A DNA stretch of 64,000 nt, taken from Tannerella sp. Its GTDB lineage: Bacteria > Bacteroidota > Bacteroidia > Bacteroidales > Tannerellaceae. Below, one piece after another: positions 1-11,383 of the stretch; positions within the stretch are counted from its first letter, which is position 1, and every line of letters begins with the position of its first letter. A program made the position numbers and the translations under genes. A model generated the notes under the pieces. The model saw nothing but the letters and a program-made list of their open reading frames with translations, did no database searches and was not told where the DNA came from. Location: the NCBI GenBank assembly GCA_031272455.1, contig JAISTS010000023.1, forward strand, positions 250-64,249. Reading direction: 5' to 3'.

Positions 1-4
1 ATGG

Positions 5-44
5 ATGAGTTGCAGGCAGCAATGCCTGTAACTCATTTTTTTTT
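5..44 (+). terminator. Rho-independent terminator of an upstream + strand gene outside the window
   Basis: 14-bp stem ATGAGTTGCAGGCA / TGCCTGTAACTCAT (one G:U pair), GCAA tetraloop, followed by a T-run. Confidence 0.85.
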
Positions 45-65
45 GCCGTAAAAAAAGGGGATAAC

Positions 66-944
66 TCACTCGGATATAAAACGTTGCGTCAATCCGTCGA
101 AGGCGTCAATTCGGCGGTCGCGCAGGAAGGGCCACCAGCGGCGCACCTGTTCGCTGCGTGTCAAGTCGATATCGACTGTGGCGACGGCTTCACTGTCGGC
201 GGGCAGCTCGCATAGCATCTCGCCCTGAGCGCCGACGGCAAAACTGCTGCCCCAAAACTCTATTCCGGCGGTTTGCGACGAAGGGTCAGGCTCTAATCCC
301 GTACGGTTGACGGCTACGAGCGGCAGTCCGTTGGCTATGGCGTGTCCGCGCTGCACGGTCAGCCATGCGTCGCGCTGGCGTTGCTTTTCGTCGGGTGTGT
401 CGCCGGCATCCCAGCCTATAGCCGTGGGGTAGATCAGTATGTCGGCACCTTGCAGAGCCATCAGTCGCGCCGCTTCGGGATACCACTGGTCCCAGCATAC
501 CATCACGCCGAGCTTGCCGACGGATGTTGCGATGGGTCGGAAGCCCGTGTCGCCGGGGGTGAAATAGAATTTTTCGTAGTACGCGGGGTCGTCGGGGATG
601 TGCATCTTGCGGTAGCGTCCGGCTATCGTTCCGTCGCGCTCGATGACCGTGGCGGTGTTGTGGTACAGTCCTGCGGCGCGTTTCTCGAACAGCGAGAGAA
701 CGAGCACGACGCCGGCTTCGCGTGCTGTCTTGCCGAAAATTTCGGTCGAGCGTCCGGGAATTGTCTCGGCGAGGTCGAACATCGAAGTGTTTTCTATCTG
801 ACAGAAATACAGCGTGTTGTGCAGTTCTTGAAGCACGACAAGCTCTGCGCCGCTGCGGGCACATTCACGGATTTTTTCGCATAGCCGCGCGATATTGTTT
901 TCGGCGTCGGGCGTGTTTTGCTGTTGGATAAGTCCTGTTTTCAT
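66..944 (-). CDS. aguB: N-carbamoylputrescine amidase (carbon-nitrogen hydrolase)
   Basis: Nitrilase triad motifs LQEL, YRKMHIP, VCWDQWYPE; adjacent to agmatine deiminase. Confidence 0.88.
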   Translation of the reverse strand: MKTGLIQQQNTPDAENNIARLCEKIRECARSGAELVVLQELHNTLYFCQIENTSMFDLAETIPGRSTEIFGKTAREAGVVLVLSLFEKRAAGLYHNTATVIERDGTIAGRYRKMHIPDDPAYYEKFYFTPGDTGFRPIATSVGKLGVMVCWDQWYPEAARLMALQGADILIYPTAIGWDAGDTPDEKQRQRDAWLTVQRGHAIANGLPLVAVNRTGLEPDPSSQTAGIEFWGSSFAVGAQGEMLCELPADSEAVATVDIDLTRSEQVRRWWPFLRDRRIDAFDGLTQRFISE

Positions 945-956
945 TGTCGTTCGTTT

Positions 957-1982
957 TTATGTGATTATGCCTTCGGGATATTGCATCGTCAGGCAGTGCA
1001 GCGAGCCGTGCTGACGGATAAGCGCTCGGCAGTCGATACCGATGATTTCCCTGTCGGGGAATACTTCAGCAAGCGTTTTTTGAGCTGTCGCATCTTTGGA
1101 GCTGCCGTAGGTTGGAACGAGGACAGCGCCGTTGATAATCAGGAAGTTGGCATAAGACGCAGGCAGGCGTTCGCAGTTCTCTATTATAGCATCAGCCATA
1201 GGTAGCGGGACGAGGCGATAGGGCTTTCGGTCGAAGGTTTTCAGCGATTTAAGCTCATTTTCCAGCGCTTGCAAACTGTGAAAATGCGTGTCGTCGGTGT
1301 CGTCACAGCTGACGTAGGCTATTGTGCGCTCGTCGCAAAAACGCGCCAGCATATCGACATGCCCGTCGGTGTCGTCGCCTTCGAGACAGCCGTTTTCGAG
1401 CCAGATTATGCGTTTGGTACCAAAAAAGCACATCAGCGCATTGTTCATTAGCACTTCATCGAGATGCGAATTACGGTTGGGCGCGAAGATACAGCGCTCG
1501 GTGGTCATCAGCGTACCGCAGCCGTCGGTTTCTATGCTGCCGCCTTCGAGCACGAAAGGCGTGAGGTCGCAGCGTTCGACGTCGGATGCAAATGTATGAC
1601 TGTCAAAAAGTTGTCGCGTTATCAGGTTGTCGTGGCAGGCAGGAAATTTCATTCCCCAGCCATTGAAAACGAAGTCGTAAACCACCGGTTTGCCGTTGCA
1701 AAACACCGTTATACCGCCGTGATCGCGTGCCCAAGTGTCATTCGACCGTATTTCGCGAAAGATGACGCGGCTCTCGTCGATTGTGCCGAGCTGGGCGCGT
1801 ACTGTTTGTTCGTCGGCGCAGACTATCAACGCTTTTTCGTGTCGCATCACAGCGCGGGCTATGTTGACAAAACACGGCAGCGCTTCGTCCATCGTCGGCG
1901 CCCAGTCTGTCGCTTCGTGAAGCCATGTCAGTTGTACGGCGCTTTGCGGATGCCATTCGGCAGGAAAAAAAATCTCGTCCAT
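957..1982 (-). CDS. aguA: Agmatine deiminase family protein
   Basis: PAEW, DTWARD, EGGSIETDG, TDGHVD, GSLHCLT motifs. Confidence 0.9.
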   Translation of the reverse strand: MDEIFFPAEWHPQSAVQLTWLHEATDWAPTMDEALPCFVNIARAVMRHEKALIVCADEQTVRAQLGTIDESRVIFREIRSNDTWARDHGGITVFCNGKPVVYDFVFNGWGMKFPACHDNLITRQLFDSHTFASDVERCDLTPFVLEGGSIETDGCGTLMTTERCIFAPNRNSHLDEVLMNNALMCFFGTKRIIWLENGCLEGDDTDGHVDMLARFCDERTIAYVSCDDTDDTHFHSLQALENELKSLKTFDRKPYRLVPLPMADAIIENCERLPASYANFLIINGAVLVPTYGSSKDATAQKTLAEVFPDREIIGIDCRALIRQHGSLHCLTMQYPEGIIT

Positions 1983-1987
1983 CGCGA

Positions 1988-1995
1988 CAAAGGTA
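1988..1995 (-). promoter_or_regulatory. Bacteroidota -7 promoter element (TACCTTTG) 5 nt upstream of the aguA ATG
   Basis: Match to TAnnTTTG on the minus strand. Confidence 0.6.
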
Positions 1996-2000
1996 ATGAT

Positions 2001-2555
2001 TTATTTTCGCATACTAAATTCGCAGCCGCAATAGGTCTGATTGTAGAAGTCATACTGCCGTATGAGTTCATTGCGTCGCTGTGTCAGTCCGCCTCGGCGC
2101 CAGTTGCGCGTATAAAACCGCATTCCGGGGTGAAGTGAGGCGGCGTGATAGCCTGCGGCGTCGATTTGCAGCAGGTCTTTCCATCGCGACGAGGCAAGTG
2201 TCGTTGCGAAGACGTCAAAACCGTTGGCGTGGGCATAGCGGGCTGCTTCGGCAAGTCGCATCCTGAAACATAACGAGCATCGTCTGCCGCGTTCCGGCTC
2301 ATTTTCAAAGCCTTTGACCTGTTCTAACCAGCTGTCGTGGTCGTAATCGCAATCGACAAAGTCAAGGTCGAGCGCTTCGGCGTAGCGTTTGCTTTCTGCT
2401 TTGCGGCGTTCGTATTCGCTGCTTGGATAGATGTTGGGATTGAAATAAAACAGCGTGGGCTTCAATCCGTTAGCCATCATCCATTCGACTACGGCGCCCG
2501 AACACGGAGCGCAGCAGCAGTGAAGCAGGATTCGTTGTGTCGTCGTCGCGGTCAT
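2001..2555 (-). CDS. queH: Epoxyqueuosine reductase QueH
   Basis: LLHCCCAPCS, NPNIYP, RCSLCF, YCGCEFS motifs. Confidence 0.92.
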   Translation of the reverse strand: MTATTTQRILLHCCCAPCSGAVVEWMMANGLKPTLFYFNPNIYPSSEYERRKAESKRYAEALDLDFVDCDYDHDSWLEQVKGFENEPERGRRCSLCFRMRLAEAARYAHANGFDVFATTLASSRWKDLLQIDAAGYHAASLHPGMRFYTRNWRRGGLTQRRNELIRQYDFYNQTYCGCEFSMRK

Positions 2556-5500
2556 TTACCTTTGATTATATCTTCGGTAACGGCAAAAACGGTAACCGGT
2601 CCGAGCAGTCCCGACGGTTGCAGTTGCGAGTTAGCTTTCCAAGGATTGACGCTTGCCCATGTACGGCGCTCACTGACAGGCAGTTTGGCGTCGCCGATAA
2701 GCCGGTTCATCCAGTTGTTTACGACTTCGACTTCGAGGGTATTTTCGCCCTGCTGCAAAAACGCTGTGGCATTGACGCGGCGCGGCGCCGTCCACACTCC
2801 GCCGAGGTCGTGCCCGTTGAGCTTGACTTTTGCCATCACCATCACCTGTCCGAGGTCGATATACACCTGCTTATTGGAGGGGATTTCGCCGACGTCGAAC
2901 GAGGTTTTGTAAATTGCCGTTCCCGAAAAATAGCGTATGCTCTCGTCGGTGAACGACGCCCAGTCTTGCAGGTCGGTCATTATGATTTTCTCGTTTGGTC
3001 CGCGTTTGCCGCTTTCAAACGACACTTCCCAAGGATTGTTGACGTTGCAAATCAAGTCTTTTTCGGGGAAATTATCCAAGGAGTAGGAAATCGGTTTGCC
3101 GCTTTGCCTGAAGATGACGAAAGCGCTTTCAAACGGCTGTAATTCAAGCGGTACGATGGTCGATGTGTTCGTTTGCGTGAAATCGGGAAGATAACGTATT
3201 TCGGTTGTCAGCGGGTTCCACAGTTCGGGCGCTTTGCCTGTTGTACGAAATTCGGGTGCGAACGCAACAGTGCGGTCGCTCTGGTTCGAGACGAAATAGA
3301 TGTCGCCGTCGTTCAGTTGGCGGTGGATAAACAGTATCGGGCTGTCGGCGACGGTGAAGTCGGGACGGACGCCGAGCGCATCGAAGGCATCGCGCATCGT
3401 TGTACCGTCGGCGAAGACCTTGCCTTTCAGATTCTTACGGGCGTCGCCCCAGAGTTCGTTGGCGATAGTTTTCACTTCGTCGTCGGCGGCAGGATAGCCC
3501 GTAAGACTTGGTGAGCGTTGTGGTGCAGGACCTAAAATTGCCAGTCCGTCGTTGACCAAATCGCGTATTTTGCGGAGCAGTTCGGGGCGCATCGTTTCGA
3601 GTTTGGGCAGCACGAGAAGGCTGTATTGCATACCGTCGGGCAGCGTCAGTTTGCCGTTTTTGACTGTGGCTCGCGTCATCAGCACTTCGGCGTTGATATA
3701 GTCGAAAGAATAGCCTGCGGGCAGTTCGGGGTCGCATACGCCGGTCATTTTCGGAGCATCTTCGCCGATGAAATATGCTGCGTCGGCGACGTACAGCCCC
3801 TGTTGCAGCATAAAATTGCAACGTCGAAGGTAGTCGCTGAACACGTTCATCTGACTGAACCACGTGTTTTTGCGGTTAAATTCGTTGCCAAACCAAGCCG
3901 TTACGCCCGGATCCCTGTCTTCAAACGGTTGATGAATGTAAACGTGGAGCAGGCTGCTGTTGATGCCTTCGGTAAAGAAACGGTCAACGCGCTGTTTCAT
4001 CACGGCGGGATAGCGGCTAAAGACGGGACCGCCGCTGGTGCACGACTCCGCCCATATTTTACGTTTGCCGTAGATATGTCCGCACGACGAGGCGGCACGG
4101 TTTTCGATATCGCCAAGCGAGCCTTCGCTCCAGAACTCGCCGCTGATTTCGTCCGACTGTCCTCCATATTGCAGAAATTCGCCGGGGAAGCCCCAGTGAC
4201 CGTAATTTTCGAGCCAAGTGGTCAATCCGTGCTGATGGCTGATTTCGCGCAGTCCGGCTACATAATCGTAGGACACGCGGTCGGCTATAAACCTGCGCAA
4301 ATCCCAAAGAAAACGGTCGGAAATATCGCGACTACCCACTACTTTTCCCTGTAAGACAGGCAGATAAGGCATGGGACTGTAGCCATATTCGGCGCTGAAT
4401 TTTTCTATCAGGCTATCTGTCCAGTTCTGACCGCCGGTCTCGTAGCTGTCTTCGACGAGAATTTTGAAGCTCATGCGGTCGGCGGCGGGAATACGTCGCA
4501 GCATCTCGCCAATATAAGCGTCGAAATGCGTTTCCACGTGCCTGCTGTTCATTTTATCCACTTCGGGACCGGTCGCTTCGGGCGATGCGGGACTGTTGGT
4601 AACGCCGGTCGGCAGCATCGCCGTGTTTGAAATAATCCATTCGCCGTCGGGCGCATCCCATTCGAGAACGCCGTCGGGCGACACGTTTGCCGTCAGATCT
4701 ATAACTTTCGTATAATCAATGGCATACGAGGCGGGGGCTTCGGGTTGCTCGTCCCAAAGATATTCGTCCCACATCGGCAATGGCGTCTGAAACATCTTTG
4801 CAAGCGTTTTTTCGGCATAGCGTTCGACCATCGGGACAGACGAAATCATTATTTCCGCCTCGCCGCCGCCTTCTTTCGCCATATCGAAACGGAAAGTCGA
4901 GGCTGATGTTTCGGGCAGAGCGATGACGACGGGCGCCAGCGGGTCGAAACCGACATGGAGAGCCACGTTGCTGCGGTCGATGCTGATTTTTTTCAGCGAA
5001 CGGTAGCTATCGCCCTCTTTGACAAACAGTTCGGCTTCGGTCTTTATCGGCTGCATCGCTTTAAATATTAATGTACGCGCGACAAATGGACTGCCGGAGC
5101 TGATTTCTACCGAAGCTGTCTGTCCTTCTGTTTTGCTGATTTTTGCGCTCTGCTGTACGACAGGCTCATCGGGCGTCGGAACGGGATATGCTATAACGCG
5201 CACGGATTGAGCGTCTTCTCTTGCTTTCGGAAGGTTGATTTTCAGATGTTTACCACCCTCAACCTGCACATCGGCAGAGGCGAGATAGCGCATACTTTCT
5301 TCGGGTTTGATCCATGGTCCGCCGGACTGGCTCCAGCCCGGACTGTTGAACATTCCGATTTCGATGCCGAGTTCCGAAGCCTTTCTCAGCGCTGCGTGGA
5401 CGGCATTCCACCATTCATCCGTAAAAATTTTGACATCGCCGTAAGGCACGCCGTCGATACCGACATTGCCAATGAAAGCCCGACCGATGCCTGCCGACTT

Positions 5501-5728
5501 CATAGCTTCGAGGTCGCGTTCGACCGATTCAGCCGAGATATTGTCGGAAACCCAGTACCAGTAAACGCCAAGTCGGATGCTGTCGGGGATATGTCGAAAA
5601 CCTGTTTCCACTTCGGGAAACGAAACGTCGCTGCGCGCTGTTTTATCGGCGCAAGCAAGGAAAATCACCGCGCAAATCATCCCTGAAAGGCATAATGCGG
5701 TGTGATTAAAAATATTACTGCTTTTCAT
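2552..5728 (-). CDS. Glycoside hydrolase family 106 (alpha-L-rhamnosidase-like) lipoprotein
   Basis: Lipobox IFLAC; YWYW, PGWSQSGGPW, DSYETG, EFW and WFGNEFNRKNTW motifs typical of GH106; C-terminal sugar-binding jelly roll. Confidence 0.82.
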   Translation of the reverse strand: MKSSNIFNHTALCLSGMICAVIFLACADKTARSDVSFPEVETGFRHIPDSIRLGVYWYWVSDNISAESVERDLEAMKSAGIGRAFIGNVGIDGVPYGDVKIFTDEWWNAVHAALRKASELGIEIGMFNSPGWSQSGGPWIKPEESMRYLASADVQVEGGKHLKINLPKAREDAQSVRVIAYPVPTPDEPVVQQSAKISKTEGQTASVEISSGSPFVARTLIFKAMQPIKTEAELFVKEGDSYRSLKKISIDRSNVALHVGFDPLAPVVIALPETSASTFRFDMAKEGGGEAEIMISSVPMVERYAEKTLAKMFQTPLPMWDEYLWDEQPEAPASYAIDYTKVIDLTANVSPDGVLEWDAPDGEWIISNTAMLPTGVTNSPASPEATGPEVDKMNSRHVETHFDAYIGEMLRRIPAADRMSFKILVEDSYETGGQNWTDSLIEKFSAEYGYSPMPYLPVLQGKVVGSRDISDRFLWDLRRFIADRVSYDYVAGLREISHQHGLTTWLENYGHWGFPGEFLQYGGQSDEISGEFWSEGSLGDIENRAASSCGHIYGKRKIWAESCTSGGPVFSRYPAVMKQRVDRFFTEGINSSLLHVYIHQPFEDRDPGVTAWFGNEFNRKNTWFSQMNVFSDYLRRCNFMLQQGLYVADAAYFIGEDAPKMTGVCDPELPAGYSFDYINAEVLMTRATVKNGKLTLPDGMQYSLLVLPKLETMRPELLRKIRDLVNDGLAILGPAPQRSPSLTGYPAADDEVKTIANELWGDARKNLKGKVFADGTTMRDAFDALGVRPDFTVADSPILFIHRQLNDGDIYFVSNQSDRTVAFAPEFRTTGKAPELWNPLTTEIRYLPDFTQTNTSTIVPLELQPFESAFVIFRQSGKPISYSLDNFPEKDLICNVNNPWEVSFESGKRGPNEKIIMTDLQDWASFTDESIRYFSGTAIYKTSFDVGEIPSNKQVYIDLGQVMVMAKVKLNGHDLGGVWTAPRRVNATAFLQQGENTLEVEVVNNWMNRLIGDAKLPVSERRTWASVNPWKANSQLQPSGLLGPVTVFAVTEDIIKGK

Positions 5729-5814
5729 ATTTTCAATAATAACAAAATTTACGGGCGTAAAGATATAATTTTCTTGAATAATTACCGTAATTTTGCAGCG
5801 AAAAATGTTCAGAT

Positions 5815-7035
5815 TTGAAAGATTTTATAATAACTGAGGAAAAAACCGAAAAAGCCGTGCTGGTCGGACTTATCACTCCCGAACAGAACGAGCGGCAGGT
5901 CGAGGAATACCTTGACGAGTTAGCGTTTTTGGCTGAAACAGCGGGAATTAAGCCTGTCAAAAAGTTCAGTCAACGCTTAGCTATGCCCCACTCTGTTACG
6001 TTTGTCGGCAGCGGTAAACTGCAACAAATCGGCGAATATGTGGAGGAGCACGAGATCGGCATTGCGATATTCGACGACGAGCTGTCGCCCAAGCAGTTAC
6101 GCAATATCGAGAAGGAGCTTAAAGTCCATATTCTCGACCGTACAAGTCTGATTCTCGACATATTCGCCCGTCGCGCACAGACGGCTCATGCGCGTACTCA
6201 GGTCGAACTTGCGCAGTATCGCTATATGCTGCCCCGTCTGACGCGCCTGTGGACACACCTCGAACGGCAACGCGGCGGCAGCGCTATGATGCGCGGACCG
6301 GGCGAGACGCAGTTAGAGACGGATAAACGCATCATTCAGGACAAGATAGCGAAGCTGAAACGCGACCTCGAAGAGATTGACCGTCAGAAATCGTCGCAAC
6401 GCAAAAACCGTGGCAAATTAGTCAGGGTGGCGCTGGTGGGATACACAAACGTCGGTAAATCAACGCTTATGACGCTGCTGAGCAAAACGGAGGTCTTTGC
6501 CGAAAACAAACTGTTTGCCACGCTCGACACGACGGTGCGTAAGGTGATTATTGACAATTTGCCATTTTTATTGTCTGATACTGTGGGATTTATACGCAAA
6601 CTGCCGACCGAGCTGGTAGAGTCGTTCAAATCGACGCTCGACGAGGTGCGCGAAGCCGACTTGCTGCTGCACGTGGTCGATATTTCGCATCCGACGTTTG
6701 AGGAACAGATGGTTGTGGTGGATAAAACGCTTGTCGAAATCGGTTGCAGGGACAAGCCTGTTATCGTCGTTTTCAACAAGACAGACGCTTTCACCTTTGT
6801 TCAGAAAGACGAGGACGACCTGACGCCAAGTACGCGCGAAAACATATCGTTGCCGGAGCTTAAAGACACGTGGATGAGCAAGTTACCCGATGGTTGTGTC
6901 TTTATTTCCGCCAAAGAACATACGAACATCGAGCCGCTGAAAGCCCTGCTGTACGAAAAAGCTAAAGCTATTCATGTTCAGCGTTTTCCGTATAATGATT
7001 TCCTGTTTCAGCATTACGACGAAGAAACCGATTGA
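5815..7035 (+). CDS. hflX: GTPase HflX
   Basis: GPGETQLETD, GYTNVGKS, DTVGF, NKTD; TTG start. Confidence 0.95.
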   Translation: MKDFIITEEKTEKAVLVGLITPEQNERQVEEYLDELAFLAETAGIKPVKKFSQRLAMPHSVTFVGSGKLQQIGEYVEEHEIGIAIFDDELSPKQLRNIEKELKVHILDRTSLILDIFARRAQTAHARTQVELAQYRYMLPRLTRLWTHLERQRGGSAMMRGPGETQLETDKRIIQDKIAKLKRDLEEIDRQKSSQRKNRGKLVRVALVGYTNVGKSTLMTLLSKTEVFAENKLFATLDTTVRKVIIDNLPFLLSDTVGFIRKLPTELVESFKSTLDEVREADLLLHVVDISHPTFEEQMVVVDKTLVEIGCRDKPVIVVFNKTDAFTFVQKDEDDLTPSTRENISLPELKDTWMSKLPDGCVFISAKEHTNIEPLKALLYEKAKAIHVQRFPYNDFLFQHYDEETD

Positions 7036-7040
7036 AACAA

Positions 7041-9863
7041 TTATTTCGCTTGTAACATTTTGTCTTTGAGATATTTGCCCGTATAGGAGTTTTCGCAGGC
7101 AGCGATTTCGGCAGGCGTTCCGGCACAGACGACAAAACCGCCTTCGATGCCGCCTTCGGGACCCAAATCAATCACATAATCAGCCGACTTGATAACTTCG
7201 GGATGATGTTCGATAATGACTATCGTATGCCCTTTGGCTATCAGTGCGTTAAAGGCGCCGAGCAAGGTTTTGATGTCGTGGAAATGCAGCCCTGTCGTCG
7301 GCTCGTCGAAAATGAACATCGTCGATTCCTGCTTTTCCATTCCGAGGTAAGATGCCAACTTAACGCGCTGATTTTCACCGCCCGACAACGTTGATGAGGT
7401 TTGACCTAATTTGATGTATCCAAGTCCGACGTCCTGCAAAGGAGTGAGCTTTCTTACTATCTTGCGGGCTGTGGAGTCGGAGCTGGCGCCGAAGAACTCA
7501 ATTGCTTGGTCAACAGTCATTTCCAGCACATCGTAAATATTCGTGCCCTGAAACTCAACTTCCAGAATATCAGGATTAAACCGCTTGCCATGACACATAT
7601 CACATTCGAGCGTGATATCTGCCATAAACTGCATCTCTACCGTTATATGCCCTTCGCCCTTACATTCTTCGCATCTGCCGCCCTCCTTATTGAATGAAAA
7701 ATATGCCGAAGTATAGCCCATTTGCTTGGCTAAAGGCTGATTGCCAAACAGTTGGCGGATATCATCGTAAGCGCCGATATAAGTTACCGGATTCGAGCGC
7801 GAACTTTTGCCAATAGAATTTTGGTCGATAAATTCCACATAATGAAGCCTTTTGATGTCGCCTGTTATGGCATCACATTCGACAGCGTGCGAAGCGTTAT
7901 CAAGCAGTCGCCGCAGTCCGCCGTAAAGTATGTCGCGCACCAAAGTGCTTTTGCCTGAGCCACTTACGCCTGTTACCACAGTCATCACGTGGAGCGGGAA
8001 TTTGACATTTACACCCTTCAAATTATTCTTGCGTGCGCCTTTTATTTCAATGTATTCGTTCCATTTTCGATAGAACGGCGGCAACGGGATGCTTTCTTTT
8101 CCGGTCAGATAATTCACTGTATAGCTGTCTGTTGACGCACCCAACTCATCCGTTTTACCCTGATAAATTATTTCGCCGCCAAGACGTCCGGCTTGCGGTC
8201 CGACGTCGATGATATAATCGGAAGCGCGGATTATTTCTTCGTCGTGCTCGACAACTACTACCGTGTTACCCAGCTCTTTAAGATTACGCAAGACGTGTAT
8301 GAGTCGGTCTGTATCACGCGGATGGAGACCGATACTCGGCTCGTCGAGGATATACAGCGAACCTACAAGGCTGCTGCCTAACGACGAAGCCAGCCTGATG
8401 CGCTGACTTTCGCCACCCGAAAGCGTTGACGATAAGCGATTTAGCGTCAGATAGCCCAGTCCGACGTCGAGCATAAATTGCAGTCGCGTCCGTATCTCGG
8501 TCAGCAGTCGTTTTGCCACAACTGCGTCTGTTTCATTGAGTTGCAAGTCATCAAAAAACGTTTTCAGGGTAGCAATCGGCATCGACGCAAGTTCGGATAT
8601 CGTCTTACCGCCAACTTTTACATACGAGGCTTCCTTTTTCAGGCGGCTTCCACGGCACATCGGACAGGTCGTTTTGCCCCTGTAACGCGCCAGCATCACG
8701 CGATACTGTATCTTGTAAACGTTGTCTTCGACAAATTTAAAAAAGTCGTCGATGCAGGGCACGCCACTCGCTCCGTGCCACAAAAAGTCTTTCTCTTCAT
8801 CCGTCAGATTGTAATATGCACGATGAACGGGAAAATCGTATTTCGCTGATTTATTGATAAATTCGCGCAGCCATTCGCTCATCGTTTCGCCTTTCCAGCA
8901 GACGACGGCGCCCTCGTAAACCGACAGGCTTTTGTCGGGGATGACAAGATTTTCGTCTATTCCGAGCACTTTTCCGTAGCCTTCGCACTTAGGGCAGGCG
9001 CCGACGGGATTGTTGAAGTTAAACATCAGATCTGAAGGCTCTTCAAACACGATACCGTCGGCTTCAAACCGTTTCGAGAACTCAAAAACTGCAGTTTCAT
9101 CGGGCAGATGCACCCTCAAACGGCAAGTGTCGTGTCCTTCGTAAAATGCTGTTTCGACCGAATCGGCAATCCTGTTTTTCAGCAGTTTATCGTCAGAAAC
9201 GGTGTGGCGGTCGATCAACAGCTCAATTTCCGTTTGCTTCAGCAAGTCTTTGTCATTCAGGGCATCGCTGATACGCACAACTTCGCCGCCGACTTCGAGC
9301 CTCGTATATCCCTCTTTCATAAGGATTTGCAGCTGTTCTTTCATCGTTCGACCTTTCGGCAGCACGACCGGCGCATAAATGGCGAAGCGCGTCCCTTCAG
9401 GATAGCTGAAAACCGTTTTTATCACGTCGCTGACCTGATGTTTTTTGACTTCCTGACCCGAAATCGGCGAGATCGTCTTGCCGACACGGGCGTAGAAAAG
9501 GCGCAGATAATCATGTATTTCGGTCGAGGTACCGACGGTCGAGCGCGGATTGCGGACGCTGACTTTCTGCTCGATAGCTATGGCGGGCGGGATGCCGGTG
9601 ATATAATCACATTCGGGTTTGCTCATTCGTCCGAGAAACTGGCGGGCATACGACGACAGACTTTCGACGTAGCGACGCTGTCCTTCGGCATAAAGCGTGT
9701 CGAAGGCGAGCGACGATTTGCCGCTGCCCGACAGTCCGGTAATCACAATAAATTGGTCGCGAGGGATATCCACGTCAACGTTTTTCAGATTGTTGACGCG
9801 CGCCCCCTTGATATGGATGCAAGTATCTGTTTCGACCGTTTTTGGCTGTTTCTGCTTTTTCAC
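7041..9863 (-). CDS. uvrA: Excinuclease ABC subunit A
   Basis: Two ABC ATPase modules ([13 protein letters not shown]; GVSGSGKS), CxxC zinc fingers; GTG start. Confidence 0.95.
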   Translation of the reverse strand: MKKQKQPKTVETDTCIHIKGARVNNLKNVDVDIPRDQFIVITGLSGSGKSSLAFDTLYAEGQRRYVESLSSYARQFLGRMSKPECDYITGIPPAIAIEQKVSVRNPRSTVGTSTEIHDYLRLFYARVGKTISPISGQEVKKHQVSDVIKTVFSYPEGTRFAIYAPVVLPKGRTMKEQLQILMKEGYTRLEVGGEVVRISDALNDKDLLKQTEIELLIDRHTVSDDKLLKNRIADSVETAFYEGHDTCRLRVHLPDETAVFEFSKRFEADGIVFEEPSDLMFNFNNPVGACPKCEGYGKVLGIDENLVIPDKSLSVYEGAVVCWKGETMSEWLREFINKSAKYDFPVHRAYYNLTDEEKDFLWHGASGVPCIDDFFKFVEDNVYKIQYRVMLARYRGKTTCPMCRGSRLKKEASYVKVGGKTISELASMPIATLKTFFDDLQLNETDAVVAKRLLTEIRTRLQFMLDVGLGYLTLNRLSSTLSGGESQRIRLASSLGSSLVGSLYILDEPSIGLHPRDTDRLIHVLRNLKELGNTVVVVEHDEEIIRASDYIIDVGPQAGRLGGEIIYQGKTDELGASTDSYTVNYLTGKESIPLPPFYRKWNEYIEIKGARKNNLKGVNVKFPLHVMTVVTGVSGSGKSTLVRDILYGGLRRLLDNASHAVECDAITGDIKRLHYVEFIDQNSIGKSSRSNPVTYIGAYDDIRQLFGNQPLAKQMGYTSAYFSFNKEGGRCEECKGEGHITVEMQFMADITLECDMCHGKRFNPDILEVEFQGTNIYDVLEMTVDQAIEFFGASSDSTARKIVRKLTPLQDVGLGYIKLGQTSSTLSGGENQRVKLASYLGMEKQESTMFIFDEPTTGLHFHDIKTLLGAFNALIAKGHTIVIIEHHPEVIKSADYVIDLGPEGGIEGGFVVCAGTPAEIAACENSYTGKYLKDKMLQAK

Positions 9864-9872
9864 ACCAATCTG

Positions 9873-11324
9873 TTAATCAATATTTTCGAGCGTAGCAGTC
9901 AGAAATTTCCAGACTTTGCCTACCGACTCGATTTTCACTGCTTCGTCGGGCGAATGGGGATGTTTCAGGTCGGGACCGAACGAAATCATATCCATATCGG
10001 GATAAGCCTGCTGTATGATGCCACATTCGAGACCGGCGTGTATCACTTTGATCGACGGCGTTTTACCGTATAGCGTGCGATAGGTTGAGCGCATAGTGTT
10101 CAGTATCGGCGAGTTGATGTCGGGTTGCCAGCCGCCATAACCGCTCCCCTGCTCCACTTTGGCTCCGGCAAGCGAAAAGACGCTTTCGAGCGACGAACAA
10201 ATCCAGTCTTTACGGCTGTCGGACGAGCTTCGGGCAAGGATTTTGATTTCTATCTCGTTTTGTCCGGCTTTGATAGTGGCAAGATTGGACGAGGTCTCAA
10301 CCGTGTCGGCAAAATCGTTCAGCAGACTTATCACGCCGTTAGGACAGCCTTCGACGGCATTAATCAGGTCATCTTGAACTTCCTCAGGGATAAGCGATTG
10401 CGGCATCTCCGCCATCTCGGCTTTGAACACTATTCCCGTCTCGATTCCTGAAAATTCTTTGGTGAAAATATCCTGATAATCAGCGACTAATTCCCATAGC
10501 GCTTCGACATTGTCGGGTGGCAGGGTAACGACAGCCACAGCTTCGCGCGGGATAGCGTTGCGCAGCGTTCCGCCGTCGATATGCGCCAGTCGGACGCCAA
10601 GCTCTTGCACGGCTTCTTTCAAAAATCTGCAAATCAGCTTATTGGCATTTGCACGTCCAAGGTTGATGTCGATCCCCGAATGTCCGCCTTTCAATCCGCT
10701 GATGCTGATTTTCACCGCTACATCGCCATCAATCGATGGGGCGCTTTCTTTATAGCTGAACGAAATATTCATATCTGTTCCGCCCGCACATCCGACAAAC
10801 AGTTCGCCTTCCTCTTCCGAGTCGCAATTCAGCAGTATGCGCCCCTTCAAAAAATCGGGTTTCAGTCCGAAAGCGCCAACCATTCCGTCTTCTTCGTCGG
10901 TGGTGAAAAGCGCTTCCAATGCGCCGTGTTTCAGCGATTTATCTGCGAGGACAGCCATTATCAGCGCCACTCCGATGCCGTTGTCGGCTCCGAGTGTTGT
11001 CTGGCGGGCTTTCACCCATTCGCCGTCGATATAAGCATCTATCGGGTCGTTCTCGAAATCGTGAGGCACATTGTTCTGTGGCACCATATCGAGATGAGCC
11101 TGCAAAACGACGGTCTTACGGCGCTCAAAACCCGGAGTTGCCGGCTTGCGTATCAGCACGTTACCCACTTTATCGCTCAGAGTTTCCAATCCAATGCGAT
11201 GACCGAAATCAATCATATACTGCGTTATCCGCCCCATCGAATGAGTTGGGCGGGGCACCTGTGTCAGCTCGTAAAAATAGCCCCATACAGGTTCAGGACT
11301 TAATGTTTTAATTTCCGTTGACAT
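9873..11324 (-). CDS. pepD: Aminoacyl-histidine dipeptidase (M20C)
   Basis: [40 protein letters not shown]; start set at MSTEIK. Confidence 0.92.
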   Translation of the reverse strand: MSTEIKTLSPEPVWGYFYELTQVPRPTHSMGRITQYMIDFGHRIGLETLSDKVGNVLIRKPATPGFERRKTVVLQAHLDMVPQNNVPHDFENDPIDAYIDGEWVKARQTTLGADNGIGVALIMAVLADKSLKHGALEALFTTDEEDGMVGAFGLKPDFLKGRILLNCDSEEEGELFVGCAGGTDMNISFSYKESAPSIDGDVAVKISISGLKGGHSGIDINLGRANANKLICRFLKEAVQELGVRLAHIDGGTLRNAIPREAVAVVTLPPDNVEALWELVADYQDIFTKEFSGIETGIVFKAEMAEMPQSLIPEEVQDDLINAVEGCPNGVISLLNDFADTVETSSNLATIKAGQNEIEIKILARSSSDSRKDWICSSLESVFSLAGAKVEQGSGYGGWQPDINSPILNTMRSTYRTLYGKTPSIKVIHAGLECGIIQQAYPDMDMISFGPDLKHPHSPDEAVKIESVGKVWKFLTATLENID

Positions 11325-11383
11325 TTTAGTAGTTTTTAGTTTCAATATTTATAATCATTCCAAATAACGAATAGTTGCGTTTT

